A stretch of DNA of 64,000 bases from Octopus sinensis. Its lineage: Eukaryota. The notes beneath the pieces are model-generated. The model was not told where the DNA came from. It did no database searches and saw nothing but the letters and a program-made list of their open reading frames with translations. The position numbers were made by a program, and so were the translations under genes. The stretch covers positions 94,302,001 through 94,366,000 of the forward strand of contig NC_043002.1 of the NCBI RefSeq assembly GCF_006345805.1, written 5' to 3'. Every line of letters starts with the position of its first letter. The stretch's first letter is position 1. Positions 1 through 12,312 of the stretch are shown piece by piece.

Positions 1-46
<46 letters not shown>

Positions 47-58
47 CGTAATAATAAG
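1..58. repeat. (AAT)n microsatellite
   Basis: Direct ATA/AAT trinucleotide run at the window start. Confidence 0.95.
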
Positions 59-675
59 TTCACACTCGAACCTCTATGTAATGGGCTATTAAAATATCTA
101 ACAGAATGTTTGCATTTTTACCTGAAAATACTAAACTCCAACACACACAAAAAATAAAAATAAATAAAAACCAAATCAAGTGGTCCGCATCTGGATTTAA
201 TTAATCAGGGGAATAGCAAAGGATTCTTAGATCTTTCGGTAATTCATTATTCAAATTTACCGAGAATATTTACCTTTCTTTATACTGATTTGCATACATA
301 CATTGATTTATATATGTATACATGTAAGCAATAAAATGCAAATATACATGCTTACGCATACACACATATAAAGGAGAGAGAAAGAGAGAGGGAGAGAGGG
401 AGAGAGAAAGAGAGAGAGAAATTGTGTGTGTGTGTGTCTATAGAAAATTTATTCCTTCTTATGTTACAAAATGCAACATGTTTTGGCTCTTAAAGGCGCT
501 CTTTTGATAACTGTAAAAAAATTTTTCCTTTCCTAAGAAAACATGAAATAAATTACGTATATTCTATTTAGTACCGAGATCTATTTACTGAATTGTTGAT
601 ATCCAAGTCTAATGATTAGGCTCTCTCTCTCTCTGTATATATTTTATATATGTGTATAAACACATGTGTATATGA

Positions 676-710
<35 letters not shown>

Positions 711-1078
711 GGCGCAGGAGTGGCTGTGTGGTAAGTAGCTTGCTTATCAACCACATGGTTCCGGGTTCAGTCCCACTGCGTGACACCTTGGGCAAGTGTC
801 TTCTTCTATAGCCTCGGGCCGACCAAAGCCTTGTGAGTGGATTTGGTAGAGGGAAACTGAAAGAAGCCCGTCGTATATATATGTATATATATATATGAGT
901 GTGTGTTTGTGTGTCTGTGTTTGACAACCGATGCTGGTGTGTTTACGTCGCCGTAACTTAGCGGTTCGGCAAAAGAGACCGATAGAATAAGTACTAGGCT
1001 TACAAAGAATAAGTCCTGGGGGTCGATTTCCTCGACTAAAGGCGGTGCTCCAGCATGGCCGCAGTCAAAACGACTGAA
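711..1078 (+). mobile_element. tRNA-derived SINE, family A (full length, internal TA/TG microsatellite)
   Basis: Head GGCGCAGGAGTGGCTGTGTGGTAAG...GGTTCAGTCCC (A/B-box-like) and CCTTGGGCAAGTG core-like motif, then (TA)n(TG)n, then tail ...GGCGGTGCTCCAGCATGGCCGCAGTCAAA. Recurs many times in the window. Confidence 0.85.
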
Positions 1079-2310
1079 TCAAGAGCAAGAGAGCATATAT
1101 GTATGCATATGTGTGTGCGTGTGTGTGTACACATACTTACATGCGTTCATATGAACAATAAAGCTACAGAGAGTGCAACCCACATTGAAACTGCAATATA
1201 CTTAAATGCGGCAATGTTTTGCTACGAAATGGAAAATTTAATACTTTAACAGAAGAATCTTGGTAATGTCGGAACAGGTGAATGATTGGTCACTTGGACA
1301 TATAAACAGATACTCATATGAAAAAAATAAATCGATTTGGATCCACCCCGCAAACATTACAACTCACTTCTACGTATAAGATTTTTATTTTATACTACAC
1401 CGTACCTAGAGTGACCGTATTTTTTTCTAATACGCTACCCAAACAAGAAAGTATAGGTTACCCCGGCGCATATATCACTTGCTTTTTATGTATTCACAGT
1501 GTACTTCGTTTAATTATTCATAGTAAAAAATAACAAAGCTTAAAATGCTACGATGTATACAAACAAAAGAAAAAAACCCATACATGATAGATCATTGGCG
1601 TTGGTTTATATTTGAATGAAGAATAAATAAGCAAATTTTAAATGAGAGCTGTATTTTCTAAAAGCTATAAGGTTATTAGAAGCAAAAGTTTTAAAAACAA
1701 TCTGAAAAATATGTACAAAAACTAATTTTGAAAACATATTAAAAGTTTCAAAATGAATTAAAAACGGAACAAATTACTGCATTGAATCTTTCATTCGGGA
1801 TGCGCTAACTATTCCTTACATGTCCCTGGGTACACTTTTTTAACTATGAACTAATGAAAGAGATTGTATATGGTCAGTCGATATGCTAGAAATACTAACC
1901 AAATCATAATCTGCCATCTTAAAGTAAAAGAGAACAGTTTGTGTAATGCGTTCGTAGATACCTTTCAAATGACGGATGTCAAATAGTTAGAGTGATTTGA
2001 GTTATATATCTGCTGAGGTGATCTGGATTAATAGAATCACTAGAAAATCTGACAAAAGTCAAGGAATCTAACTGTGTATAGATCGAGTTCGAATACTGCT
2101 CCGCTGAGACCAATTTTGTCTTTCATCTTCACAGCTTGGGTGAAATAAAGTACCAGTATTGTACTGGGGTTGATATAATCAACTGTTCGCTCACGCTACA
2201 TACATACATACATACATACATACATACATACATACATACATACATACATTCATACATACATTCATACATACATTCATACATACATACATACATACGTGCA
2301 TACATACTTA

Positions 2311-2415
2311 CAAGGGGTGTATGAAAAGTCTTGAGCCTCAAAAAAAAAAACATGGTACAAGACTTCTGATGAAGGTACAAGATTTCAAGACTCAAAACTT
2401 TTCATACACCCCTCG
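2311..2415. mobile_element. 105-bp mariner-type MITE
   Basis: 25-bp TIRs CAAGGGGTGTATGAAAAGTCTTGAG (2311-2335) and the reverse complement of 2391-2415, 2 mismatches. Flanked by TA on both sides. Confidence 0.8.
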
Positions 2416-2720
2416 TACATACACACATACATACGTACGTACATACATACATGCATATATTCATAAAGCATGCATACATATATAAAGACCACCTTTGGCC
2501 ACGAATGACCATGAGATTGCACCCAGAAAGTTCCCTTCCTAGGCACAAGTCCGGGAAAAGTTGTTTGTGGAAGACCAGTAGTCGCCCATACATACCAGCC
2601 TCCACTCTCTAAGCTACCGATGTTGTCCAAAGGAAAGGCAAAGGCCGATAGAGCTTGGCACCAGTGATGTCGCAACTCATTTCTACAGATGAGTTAACTG
2701 GAGCAACATGAAATAAAGGT

Positions 2721-3752
2721 TCAAAGAGTTGATAGTCGAAAGGGGCAGAATATCAACTGTATCAGGGTGTTCCAGCAACTCGAAACCCATTTTTTAATGG
2801 TTTCAACGGTGCAGGCGGCCGTATGTGGGCGTGCATTGTCATGCAACAATAACGCTTGCTTTGATAACATACCTCGATGTTTAGTGCGAATTGCTGATTT
2901 CGATTCCTTGGGTAGTATTTCACTGGAGTCTTCATTGATGACCGTAAACCCCTTTTCCAGGCAATGTTCTAGTATAGACCCTTTTGCGTCCCCCAAACGG
3001 TTAGAATAAGTTTTTCTGCAGAAGGCAGAGTCTTGCATTTCTATTTCGCCTTTGATTCCAGGTGTTTCCACTCCATACTCTACCTTTTGGATTCTGGCTC
3101 AAAGTGATTAATCAAGGCTTCAACTCCCGAGACTGTTCTCTTCAAAAAAGTTTCGCCTTCATTGTTGTAGTGATCGAATAAGCATTGACAGATCTCGATA
3201 CGATTTCGCTTGTGCGCTTGGGCAAACTTTTTTGGCACGCCTCTAGCACAGACTTTAACGGAAGCGAAGCATGTCGTGAATGATTTCGCATGCAGAGCCA
3301 TGACTAATTTGCAGAGAATATGCCTCCTCATCGATGCTCACTGGTCGGTTCACAATAACCATCTCTCGAGCTTGCAGAATCTTCACGTCAGTGGTGGAGG
3401 CTTATAGTCATCCTGCTCTCTCTTCATTCTTCACGCTTGTCCGGCCATTTTAAAACTTCTCGATCCTCATACACATTTCTACGCGGTAGAGAACTCTCCA
3501 TATATTGTACTGAAAGCCTGCGATGGATTTCAGACCCTGACACACCTTCAGATCACTGATATCTTCTTCTTTGGTGCAGCCTGCCAGCGGAGCGGCCATA
3601 TTTACTGGGTAGCTCAAGAAAGAGCGATCAAGGACAAATTTTGGTTAGTTAACTACGGGAATAAAATATTCCAGCAAACGAGCGCTGAACGCAGTGCAGC
3701 AATCTAAAGAAAGGTTTTTGCGAAAGTGCGGATAATTTTTCATTGCACCTCG
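2721..3752 (-). mobile_element. Degenerate mariner transposon (SETMAR/Mos1-like transposase relic)
   Basis: ORF pieces 3080-3331 (KVCARGVPK, WVP-like) and 2721-3071 (LLLHDNARPHTA). TIR-like CGAGGTGCAATGAAAA on the minus strand near 3752. Confidence 0.9.
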
Positions 3753-3891
3753 TGGGTATACATGCATGCATACATACATGTGTGTTTGTGTATATATATG
3801 TATGTATGTGCATGTGTGTGTATGTATACATGTGTGTGTACGTATGCATATATATATATATGTTTATGATGTACACGCTCACGCTCTCTCT

Positions 3892-3943
<52 letters not shown>

Positions 3944-4099
3944 TGTAAGGCGTAGTGTGCCCGAATGGTAAAGAGATACATTTGCTGTCATGTGTAAGAA
4001 GGTTAGATTTTACAATGCAGTATCTTGGGCAAATATCATTTTCCATACCCTCGGTTTGACCGATACTTTTCATGCGAAGCGTGTAGATGGAATCTGTCG

Positions 4100-4265
4100 A
4101 GTGGACTGATCCTGTAATTGAAAAGGTACAGCCTTGTCACATACTGTGCCAACTGATTCTACCCGAGAATTACTTTAAATTTACATTTGTCTGTGGAATA
4201 CTCAGCCACTTCCACGTTAATCCAGTTGGCCAGATAACTGAATTCACATCGTGGAACGTCGGAGA
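4100..4265 (+). mobile_element. Diverged SINE tail fragment (same tail as the 21071 element)
   Basis: AAAAGGTACAGCCTTGTCAC...CCCGAGAATTAC...GTCTGTGGAATACTCAGCCACTTCCACGTTAAT aligns by eye with 21280-21385. Confidence 0.6.
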
Positions 4266-4629
4266 TCCACCACGCGCAAACACTCATGCACACTTACACA
4301 CACACACCACGCACACTCACGTGCGTGCACTCATATTAAGTTTCCTCTCAGATTTCGTCGATCAAATTTCCTCACAAAGCACTGGTCAGCCCGGAGCTAT
4401 TGTAGAAGACGCTTGCTCAAGGTCATATGTTGTACGAATGAACCAGAAGCCACATGGTTGGGAAATGTGTTGAGGAACAATCATAGACGATGTCACTGTG
4501 ATGGTGTCAGATACATCAAATATTGGTTTCAAAATTTGGTACAAGACCAGCAATTTTGTGGAAGAATATAAGTCGGTTATAAGTCGACCCAGTGTTCAAT
4601 TGATCCCAAAGAGATGAATCGATCCCAAA

Positions 4630-4742
4630 GAGATGAAAGGCGAAGACGACCCCGGCGAAATTTGAACCCAGAACGTAAAAACAAATGAAATTCCGCAATG
4701 CAGTTTGACCTGCATGCTAACGGTTCTGCCAGATTGCTGCCG
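4630..4742 (-). mobile_element. SINE family B fragment
   Basis: Reverse complement of the GGCAGAATCGTTAGCA...TTCTGAGTTCAAATT...GTCGACTTTGCCTTTCAT motif. Confidence 0.7.
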
Positions 4743-5004
4743 TAGATACATCAAATATTGAATAGGTCAGCACTATGCTAAAAGAGTACACGTTTCGAAG
4801 TCGATGGACATAGTACATGGGAGGAAAATCCACACCAGCCATTGTTGTGGCTAAGCTGCTGGAGGTGTGTTTCAGGTGTTCAGGTGGACAGGAACTGGAA
4901 TGAAGCTACGAGTAGAGTGTCCAGCGTTACTTTATCTGTCGGGCCTGGCGAAAGAGACTGGACGGTAGATAGGTCTTAAGAACTGAAGACTAACACTTTC
5001 CTTC

Positions 5005-5308
5005 TTGTTTGTTCCTTCTCGAGCAATGCCTGGCTCATAAGGGCCGGTTTCCCTGTTTCTTGGCGTATAGGTTCCCCACCTGGACGGGACTCCGGTCCGT
5101 CGCAGGTGAGCTGCAAGATGCAGGAGGAAAGAGTGAGAGAAAATTGTGGCGAAAGAATCAGCAGAAGTTTCACCGTTACCTTCTGCCGGAGTTGCGAGGA
5201 GCTTAGGTGTTTCGCTCATAAACACACACATCGCCCGGTCTGAGATTCGAACCCGCGATCCCTCGACCGGGAGTCCGCTGCTCTAACCACTAGGCCATGT
5301 GCCTCCAC
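5005..5308 (-). mobile_element. tRNA-derived SINE, family C (tail type 1)
   Basis: Minus-strand head GTGGAGGCACATGGCCTAGTGGTTAGAGCAGCGGACTCCCGGTCGAGGGATCGCGGGTTCGAATCTC. Near-identical to 61091-61380. Confidence 0.85.
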
Positions 5309-5459
5309 GTTTCCTTCTTGGTCAAACCTTCATCATCATCAAATTGCTCGTCAAGAAGAAGATGAGGGTGAAAAGGGAGCCGTTGTCTTCCAGTATATAC
5401 ACTGAAAGTTAAATGAAAGTGTCAAGAAGTTGGCATTGATCGGTTGTGACGGCGAGAGT

Positions 5460-6025
5460 TCCGGTTGATAAATTAAGTGCCAGTCATGTAATGGGTCGTC
5501 CGTCGCTACGTTCTAGGTTCAAATTCTGTCGAGGTCGACTTTGCATTTCATTTTTCGGGGTCGATAAATTAAGTACCAGTTGAATACCGGGGTCGATGTG
5601 ATCGACTCATTCCCTCCCCCAAAGTTGATGCCCCTATGACAAAATTTGAAACCATTATTATTATTATTATTAAGGCAGCGAGCTGGCAGAATCATTAACA
5701 GGCCGGACAAATTGCTTAGCGCATTTCTTCAAGCTTTTCCTTCTGAGTTCAAATTCTGCCGAGATCGACTTTGCCTTTCATCCTTTCGGGGTCGATAAAT
5801 TACGTATTAGTGAAACACTTGAGTCGATGTAATCGACCCGTCCCCTCCCTCCAGCTTGCTGCCCTTATGGTAAAATTTGAAACCAGTTCAAATTCCGCCG
5901 AGGTCGACTTTGCCTTCCATCCTTTCGGGGTCGATGAATTAAGTACCAGTGAAACACTGAGGTCGATGTAATCGACTAGTCTCCTCCCCGCCCAAATTTC
6001 AGGTCCTGTGCCTATAGTTGAAATG
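5460..6025 (+). mobile_element. Cluster of SINE family B fragments
   Basis: Three copies of GTCGACTTTGC(C/A)TT(T/C)CAT(C/T)(C/T)TT(T)CGGGGTCGAT(A/G)AATTA at about 5535, 5765 and 5905. Confidence 0.8.
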
Positions 6026-6033
6026 ATTATTAT

Positions 6034-6034
6034 T

Positions 6035-6073
<39 letters not shown>

Positions 6074-6141
6074 AGCAGTAGTAGCAGTAGTAGTAGTAAG
6101 CAGTAGTAGTAGAAGTAGTAGTAGAAGTGGTAGTAGTAGTA

Positions 6142-6174
<33 letters not shown>

Positions 6175-6181
6175 TGTAGTA

Positions 6182-6219
<38 letters not shown>

Positions 6220-6230
6220 TAGTAGTAGTA
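6034..6230. repeat. Compound (GTA)n/(GCA)n microsatellite
   Basis: Direct sequence. Confidence 0.95.
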
Positions 6231-7551
6231 AATGTCTCCTTATTTATGTGATTTGTCGATTCATACTATAAGTTTACTTTCCTATTATACAGCAGACATC
6301 CGTTTGACTGAATAATAACCATTTTATTCGTTCCTTTTATTTATTCATTTTCAGTAGGTTTGGTAAAATTGTGTGCAGTGCTTTCAATATCAATTTTGGT
6401 TTTCTCATAAGAATTTGTTTGGAATTAAAACAGAACCTTAATGTTCGCATCTCATTTACTGTCTGTTTTAACATTTGGAAGATTGAGCAGTTAATACGGT
6501 CATATAGTAGTCACCGTTGTCGAAATAACTTCATAAAAGGATGCATGGCGTCTTTGATCCTTTTCTCTTGTCTACAGGCACTTCCCTAACTGTAATCATT
6601 CATTCTGTGTGCCGATGAAGCATTAGCAAAATAAACAGTCGTTTAAGCAATAGGAGATTTTAGCTACACTTCTGCGTATCTTCGGCAATAACATTTGAAA
6701 AGTAATTTTCTTTTATGGGTTAGCTTTTATTCATTTATTTATTTTTAATGGTCAATCATTTCCTTGTGAGCTTTTCAATGAAAATCAGAAATATATTTTA
6801 TGTGAAATGCTTGGTTGAAATTCAGATATATTTGCAAAGGGAAAGCTATATGTATTCTGTAGAACTAGCCACTGGATTTTCCATAGAATCTTTTGGAAGC
6901 ATTAAATTTTACTTACTGAAACATATTTTATGTTTTAAGGAGTTAGTTTGCACTAAATCATGTGATCAACAATCTGCATTCAGCCATCTTTAGTTCATAG
7001 TGTCTTCACTTTTGTGAATTACCAGCACGAACGAAGAATTTAAAACGGTATCAAAAAGTTGGTGGCGTCTGAAAACATTTTATGCGATCTTATCAGCTCC
7101 GTGGTTATTGTAATGCTATAAGTAAAGTGGCAGACGACATCATAATCCTCGTGATATCCTTTCGATTCTTCAAGAAACATTCTGCCAACGATATTCAACG
7201 TTTATTGTTTCTATTTATACTACTTTATAGAAAAAAAAAAAAAAATAACGAATACTTCTAAGATATAGACGCTTTATATAACATATTCCACACTAAAATA
7301 TCAGTTTAACTTCTCCTTTATATACTATATTCCTTCAAATATCAGTTTAACTCCAGTATAATTCGGTTTTACACTTGATATTAATGAATTTTGCTTTTGA
7401 CAAACCGACATTATTTTTAATACAGAAACGTCACGTATGTTGTGGAAAGGAGTGTTTAAAGCGAAGGTGGTTTTATGGCATTTCAGTGTCATTCATTCAG
7501 TGTATTGTGAGGGTTGAATGTGCCTTCTCGAATCCTTTTAGTCGATCTGAT

Positions 7552-7783
7552 CAACCTCAATATTTATTGTATCTATCTATGTTTTTTTAGTTTCACGTTT
7601 TGGCAAAATTCGGTTTACATCGCTAAACACAACTACACATTAATATACGCACCCATATGTATGTACATGTGTGTGAGAGAGAGAGTGTGTGTTTTTAAGT
7701 ATTACAAAAAATGCTACTAATTGCAAAACACTTTCGGTCGAGCCTGGACTTCATGGGTGATAAACCGCCCGGGCCGGAGAAGT

Positions 7784-7818
<35 letters not shown>

Positions 7819-7903
7819 TTGTGTGTGTGTGTGTGTGTGTGTGTGTGAGACCCTTCTGTCCGAGTCACACGCCATGATAGATCGTTAGCCACTACACACA
7901 TTT
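7552..7903 (+). repeat. Source copy of a ~360-bp segment duplicated at 8593-8967
   Basis: TCAACCTCAATAT...CGTTAGCCACTACACA is near-identical at both loci apart from microsatellite lengths. Confidence 0.9.
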
Positions 7904-8047
7904 TTTTCTCTCGTTTTTTCTGTGTCCCTTTCTGTAGAAGAGCGTAGGCTCGAAACGTAAAATACTTATTCTATTCCTGAGCGTTATACTAATACATCTG
8001 TTTGTTTTGTACACCACCTGTCTTCGTCTTTTGTTTTTTTCGTAAAC

Positions 8048-8144
<97 letters not shown>

Positions 8145-8405
8145 GGGTTGTGGTTCATTATAGCTGTTTCAAGCGTGTTTTTTTATTATTGATGAACAGA
8201 AGTTTGACATGATGCAAAAGCTGTTTTCATCGGGTGAATACAGGTAAGTATTAAACATTTAGAACTTCTCAAGAACGTGTACATAATTCCTTATGACTGC
8301 AACGACCCGAATTCGGCCGGAGAGTGAAGAGTTTAAGTTAGCATCAAGTTTATAAAGAAAAACTCGTCAAAGAGTCTGATCGGGGAGGGGAGTGGCTGGA
8401 GAAGC

Positions 8406-8822
8406 ATAAGGAAGTAAGTGGAGGGGGAAGGTCTCCCCATGGGTTCCAGTCACTTGGACCTACTAGCCATCACCTATATGAACTATCTGGAACGACGAGC
8501 ACTCAACATCTGCCGCTCATACGCCTTCTTCACCGGGTACATAGATGACATCCTCATACTCACATTCTCCCGTGAAGAGGCTGACCGAATATTCAACCTC
8601 AATATATATTGTATCTATGTATGTTTTTTTAGTTTCACGTTTTGGCAAAATTCGGTTTACATCGGTAAACACAACTACACATTAATATACGCACCCATAT
8701 ATACATGTGTGTGTGTGAGAGAGAGAGTGTGTTTGTAAGTGTTACAAAAAATGCTACTAATTGCAAAACACTTTCGGTCGAGCCTGGACTTCATGGGTGA
8801 TAAACCGCCCGGGCCGGAGAAG

Positions 8823-8898
<76 letters not shown>

Positions 8899-9430
8899 GT
8901 GTGTGTGTGAGACCCTTCTGTCCGAGTCACACGCCATGATAAATCGTTAGCCACTACACATTTTTTTCAACATCATGCACATGAACATACAGTTCACTAT
9001 AGAACATCTTGACAACACTGGATCACTATCGCTACTTGACTTCCAACTGAAAATAACGGAAGATGGAGAGATCCGCACCGAGTTCAGCACTTCCACTTGG
9101 TGCCAAAATAAGACACGCCAGAAATGAACTTGTGCGCATCCAGAGCAAGTGCAGCAGAACAGAGGACAAGGTAACCCACACTACACGCTTCCTAGAGATA
9201 TTGAAAACCAATGGGTACCCTATATCCATTGTAAATCAGCTTAAGTACCCAAGACTACTAACACGCCGAACACACAGAAAGCCCAACAACACATGATTCC
9301 TTAAAATACCACATTTTACCGGGATAGAGAAATATAAGGAAGTAAGTGGAGGGGGAAAGACTGATGCTAGGAGATATGAGAGAAGATAGCGTATGATCTC
9401 GTTTGACATCGTAAACATTTATAAATAAAG
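8406..9430 (+). mobile_element. Penelope-like element reverse transcriptase relic, interrupted and rearranged
   Basis: GLPMGS...GYIDDILIL (8418-8597), IQFTIE...GSLSLLD (8966-9050), RNELVRIQSKCS...NGYP (9063-9296), SFDIVNIY (about 9395-9422). Confidence 0.8.
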
Positions 9431-9917
9431 TTATTTCTAGATAGTTGACTAGGTCTTTAGATCACTACACATATACATACATAGATGCCCGCACAGATAT
9501 GTAAATGGAAAAATCTACTTACGCCTATATAGAGACATACACGTATTCTTATACAAAGAATAATAATCACACACACACAAACACACACAAATATATATAT
9601 ATATATATATGATGTACTGATACGTGCTAGAAAATTCAGCAAAAAATTACTCCATCTGGTGAGAGGAGATAAATATTATTTATTTGAAAGGTGACAATAC
9701 ACGTATTAAAGCGCTACTAATAGTTTCATATGTTGAGATAACTCAAACATATTCTTCAGGCGTAAACTATATATCATAACAAAGAAATTGAATGATAGTA
9801 GAAAAGCGAAAAAAAAAACTGAGAAGGCAGTATATAGAAAATACAGACTGTAAACAACGGAAAACGAAAACCAGAAACTAAAATGTCAAAAATAAAAAGT
9901 AAAAAGGTAAAAAGGTA

Positions 9918-10015
9918 AAAGAGCTATCCTCATTAGACCTTAAATAATAAAAAGAGCTATCCTCATTTAGACCTTAAATAATAAAATAGCTATCCTCATT
10001 AGACCTTAAATGATA
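9918..10015. repeat. Three-copy minisatellite, ~34-bp unit
   Basis: AAAGAGCTATCCTCATTAGACCTTAAATAATA x3 with small variants. Confidence 0.85.
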
Positions 10016-10599
10016 AGGTTGGAAAGATATGAAGTCAGTCAGGAATAAGCAGAATTTTCCAATTCTTTAGAATATATTTATAAATATGCATGAAACCACT
10101 GAAAATTTTTTACCTGGATATCAATAGAGAGTTAAGCATCTTAGATCTAAACAGGATCTGCGCTCTTTCAGCCAAAGTCTGCATTTATTCGATCCATTCA
10201 CATAAGGTATGGATTTCTCAATTATTTCCATTCCATCACATGCGGTGTTTCGATATCCTTTAAAGTCCATACGTAGCTAACCAGCTTAGTAGCTTTACTT
10301 TCGTCCCTATGTCGGAAGGGGGCTATGTGATTGACATAGCGATTTTAAAATTTTCCATCACATAATCCAATATAGGTCTTCTTATCAGTTATATTATTAT
10401 TTAGGGTTGCAGTAACTTCTGCCTCATATGTGATAGATTTAGTCATAAATCGTTGGTCAAGTGGACAGGATCCTGGGTCGCGACAGTTGGTAGAAAATAT
10501 TCGCACAAAATTGTATATCTTTATTATTATGACTAATATACTTCTTAATCCTGTGAAACAAAGCTATATTGTTTCATATTTTCTCTTTCTGTATATATA

Positions 10600-10656
<57 letters not shown>

Positions 10657-10672
10657 GTGTGTGTGTGTGTGT

Positions 10673-10712
<40 letters not shown>

Positions 10713-10731
10713 CGTGTGTGTAATGTGTATA

Positions 10732-11281
10732 TCTATTATATAAAATCCGTTCTGTCTGTCTGTGTGTGTGTCTTCTAGGATCTCGGGTATCCTCCATCCG
10801 ATTGCACTCAAATTTGATATGTAGATACTGACGGTATCAGGGCGTGTGTAAGTCTTGAAAAAATTACAAAAATCGATTCCAGGGGAGAATGCGATAGATA
10901 AAGCCGTTTTTGTCCTGCTTTTCTTCCGTCAACCGGTACATAACTGCACCTTCCATTTTTGCTGTTTTTGTACTGCTTAAAGGCACGTTTCTTTCCTGCC
11001 AAGCTTACTGTTTAAACCATGTTTGTGTTCTCCCAGTCAACAGCCTTATCATTACTGGTACTTTAAACTCCTCGGTTGCATATTTGTGTGAATAAAATCG
11101 TTTTTTTTGGAATAGAAAAAAGTCTATCTTTATTTCTTCTTTTGCTGGTGTCTGAAATTTAGGTTGAATCAGTGTTTCTCAAAGGGGAGGCCTATAGGAC
11201 GGTCGGACAAGTTGTTTTCAGAAAATTTGGTTTAAATGTTTGACAACTCACCACTCAGGGGCGTTTTGCCCGTATATCTAT
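10732..11281 (+). mobile_element. Non-autonomous Helitron-like element
   Basis: 5' A|TCTATTATATAAAATCCGTTCTGTCTGTCTGTGTG start typical of non-autonomous Helitrons. 3' GGGCGTTTTGCCC hairpin followed by CTAT rather than CTAG. Confidence 0.6.
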
Positions 11282-11283
11282 CC

Positions 11284-11404
<121 letters not shown>

Positions 11405-11559
11405 ATGTTTACATGTAATGTGTGCGTTCAAAGAGTTCATCAGCACCAGAACTCCAGATTTTTATGTTACGGGAATAAGCAAACTTGTAACTCGTTGGCA
11501 AAAATGTGTTGATTGTAATAGTACTTAATTCGATGGGCAAATGTCTTCTAATATAGCAA

Positions 11560-11835
11560 AGCGTTGTGAGTAGATTTGGTAGACAGAAACTGAAAGAAGC
11601 CCGTCGTATATATATGTGCGTGTGTATGTGTTTAGGTGTCAGCGTTTGTTCCCCTACCATCGCTTGACAACCGATGTTGGTGTCTTTACGTCTCCTAACC
11701 TAGCGGTTCGGCAAAAGAGAACGATAGGATAAGTACTACGCTTACAAAGAATAAGTCCTGGGGTCGATTTGTTCGACTAAAGGCGGTACTCCACATGGCT
11801 CCACTCAAATGATTGAGACAAATTAAAGAATAAAA
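11560..11835 (+). mobile_element. SINE family A, 5'-truncated
   Basis: GTAGACAGAAACTGAAAGAAGCCCGTCG...GACTAAAGGCGGTACTCCAC, ending in (AAAGAAT)n. Duplicated at 17500-17790. Confidence 0.8.
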
Positions 11836-11845
11836 GAATAAAAGA

Positions 11846-11968
<123 letters not shown>

Positions 11969-11974
11969 GTATGT

Positions 11975-12023
<49 letters not shown>

Positions 12024-12312
12024 ATGATAGATACAATGATAGATAGAAGAATGGCGGATATGTGTATAATTCATCACTGCCAAATTACACTCGCAAATAA
12101 ATCCTAGTCTACATTAGAAAACTTATACCAAGATATCGAGCAAAATTTTCGAACGAAAAATCACACAAAATTGTATATCTTTATTATTATGACTAATATA
12201 CTTCTTAATCCTGTGAAACAAAACTATATTGTTTCATATTTTCTCTTTCTGTATATATATATATATGTGTGTGTGTGTGTATGTGTGTGTGTGTGCGTGT
12301 GTGTAATGTGTA

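Noticed and set aside
5009-5308. tRNA genes at SINE heads (also 21071, 62107 and others)
   Set aside because: A/B boxes are present, but there is no full cloverleaf or acceptor stem and each runs into a SINE body.
8200-8250. Micro-exon AAGTTTGACATG...TACAG|GTAAGT
   Set aside because: Good donor, but weak acceptor and no partner exons or recognisable protein.
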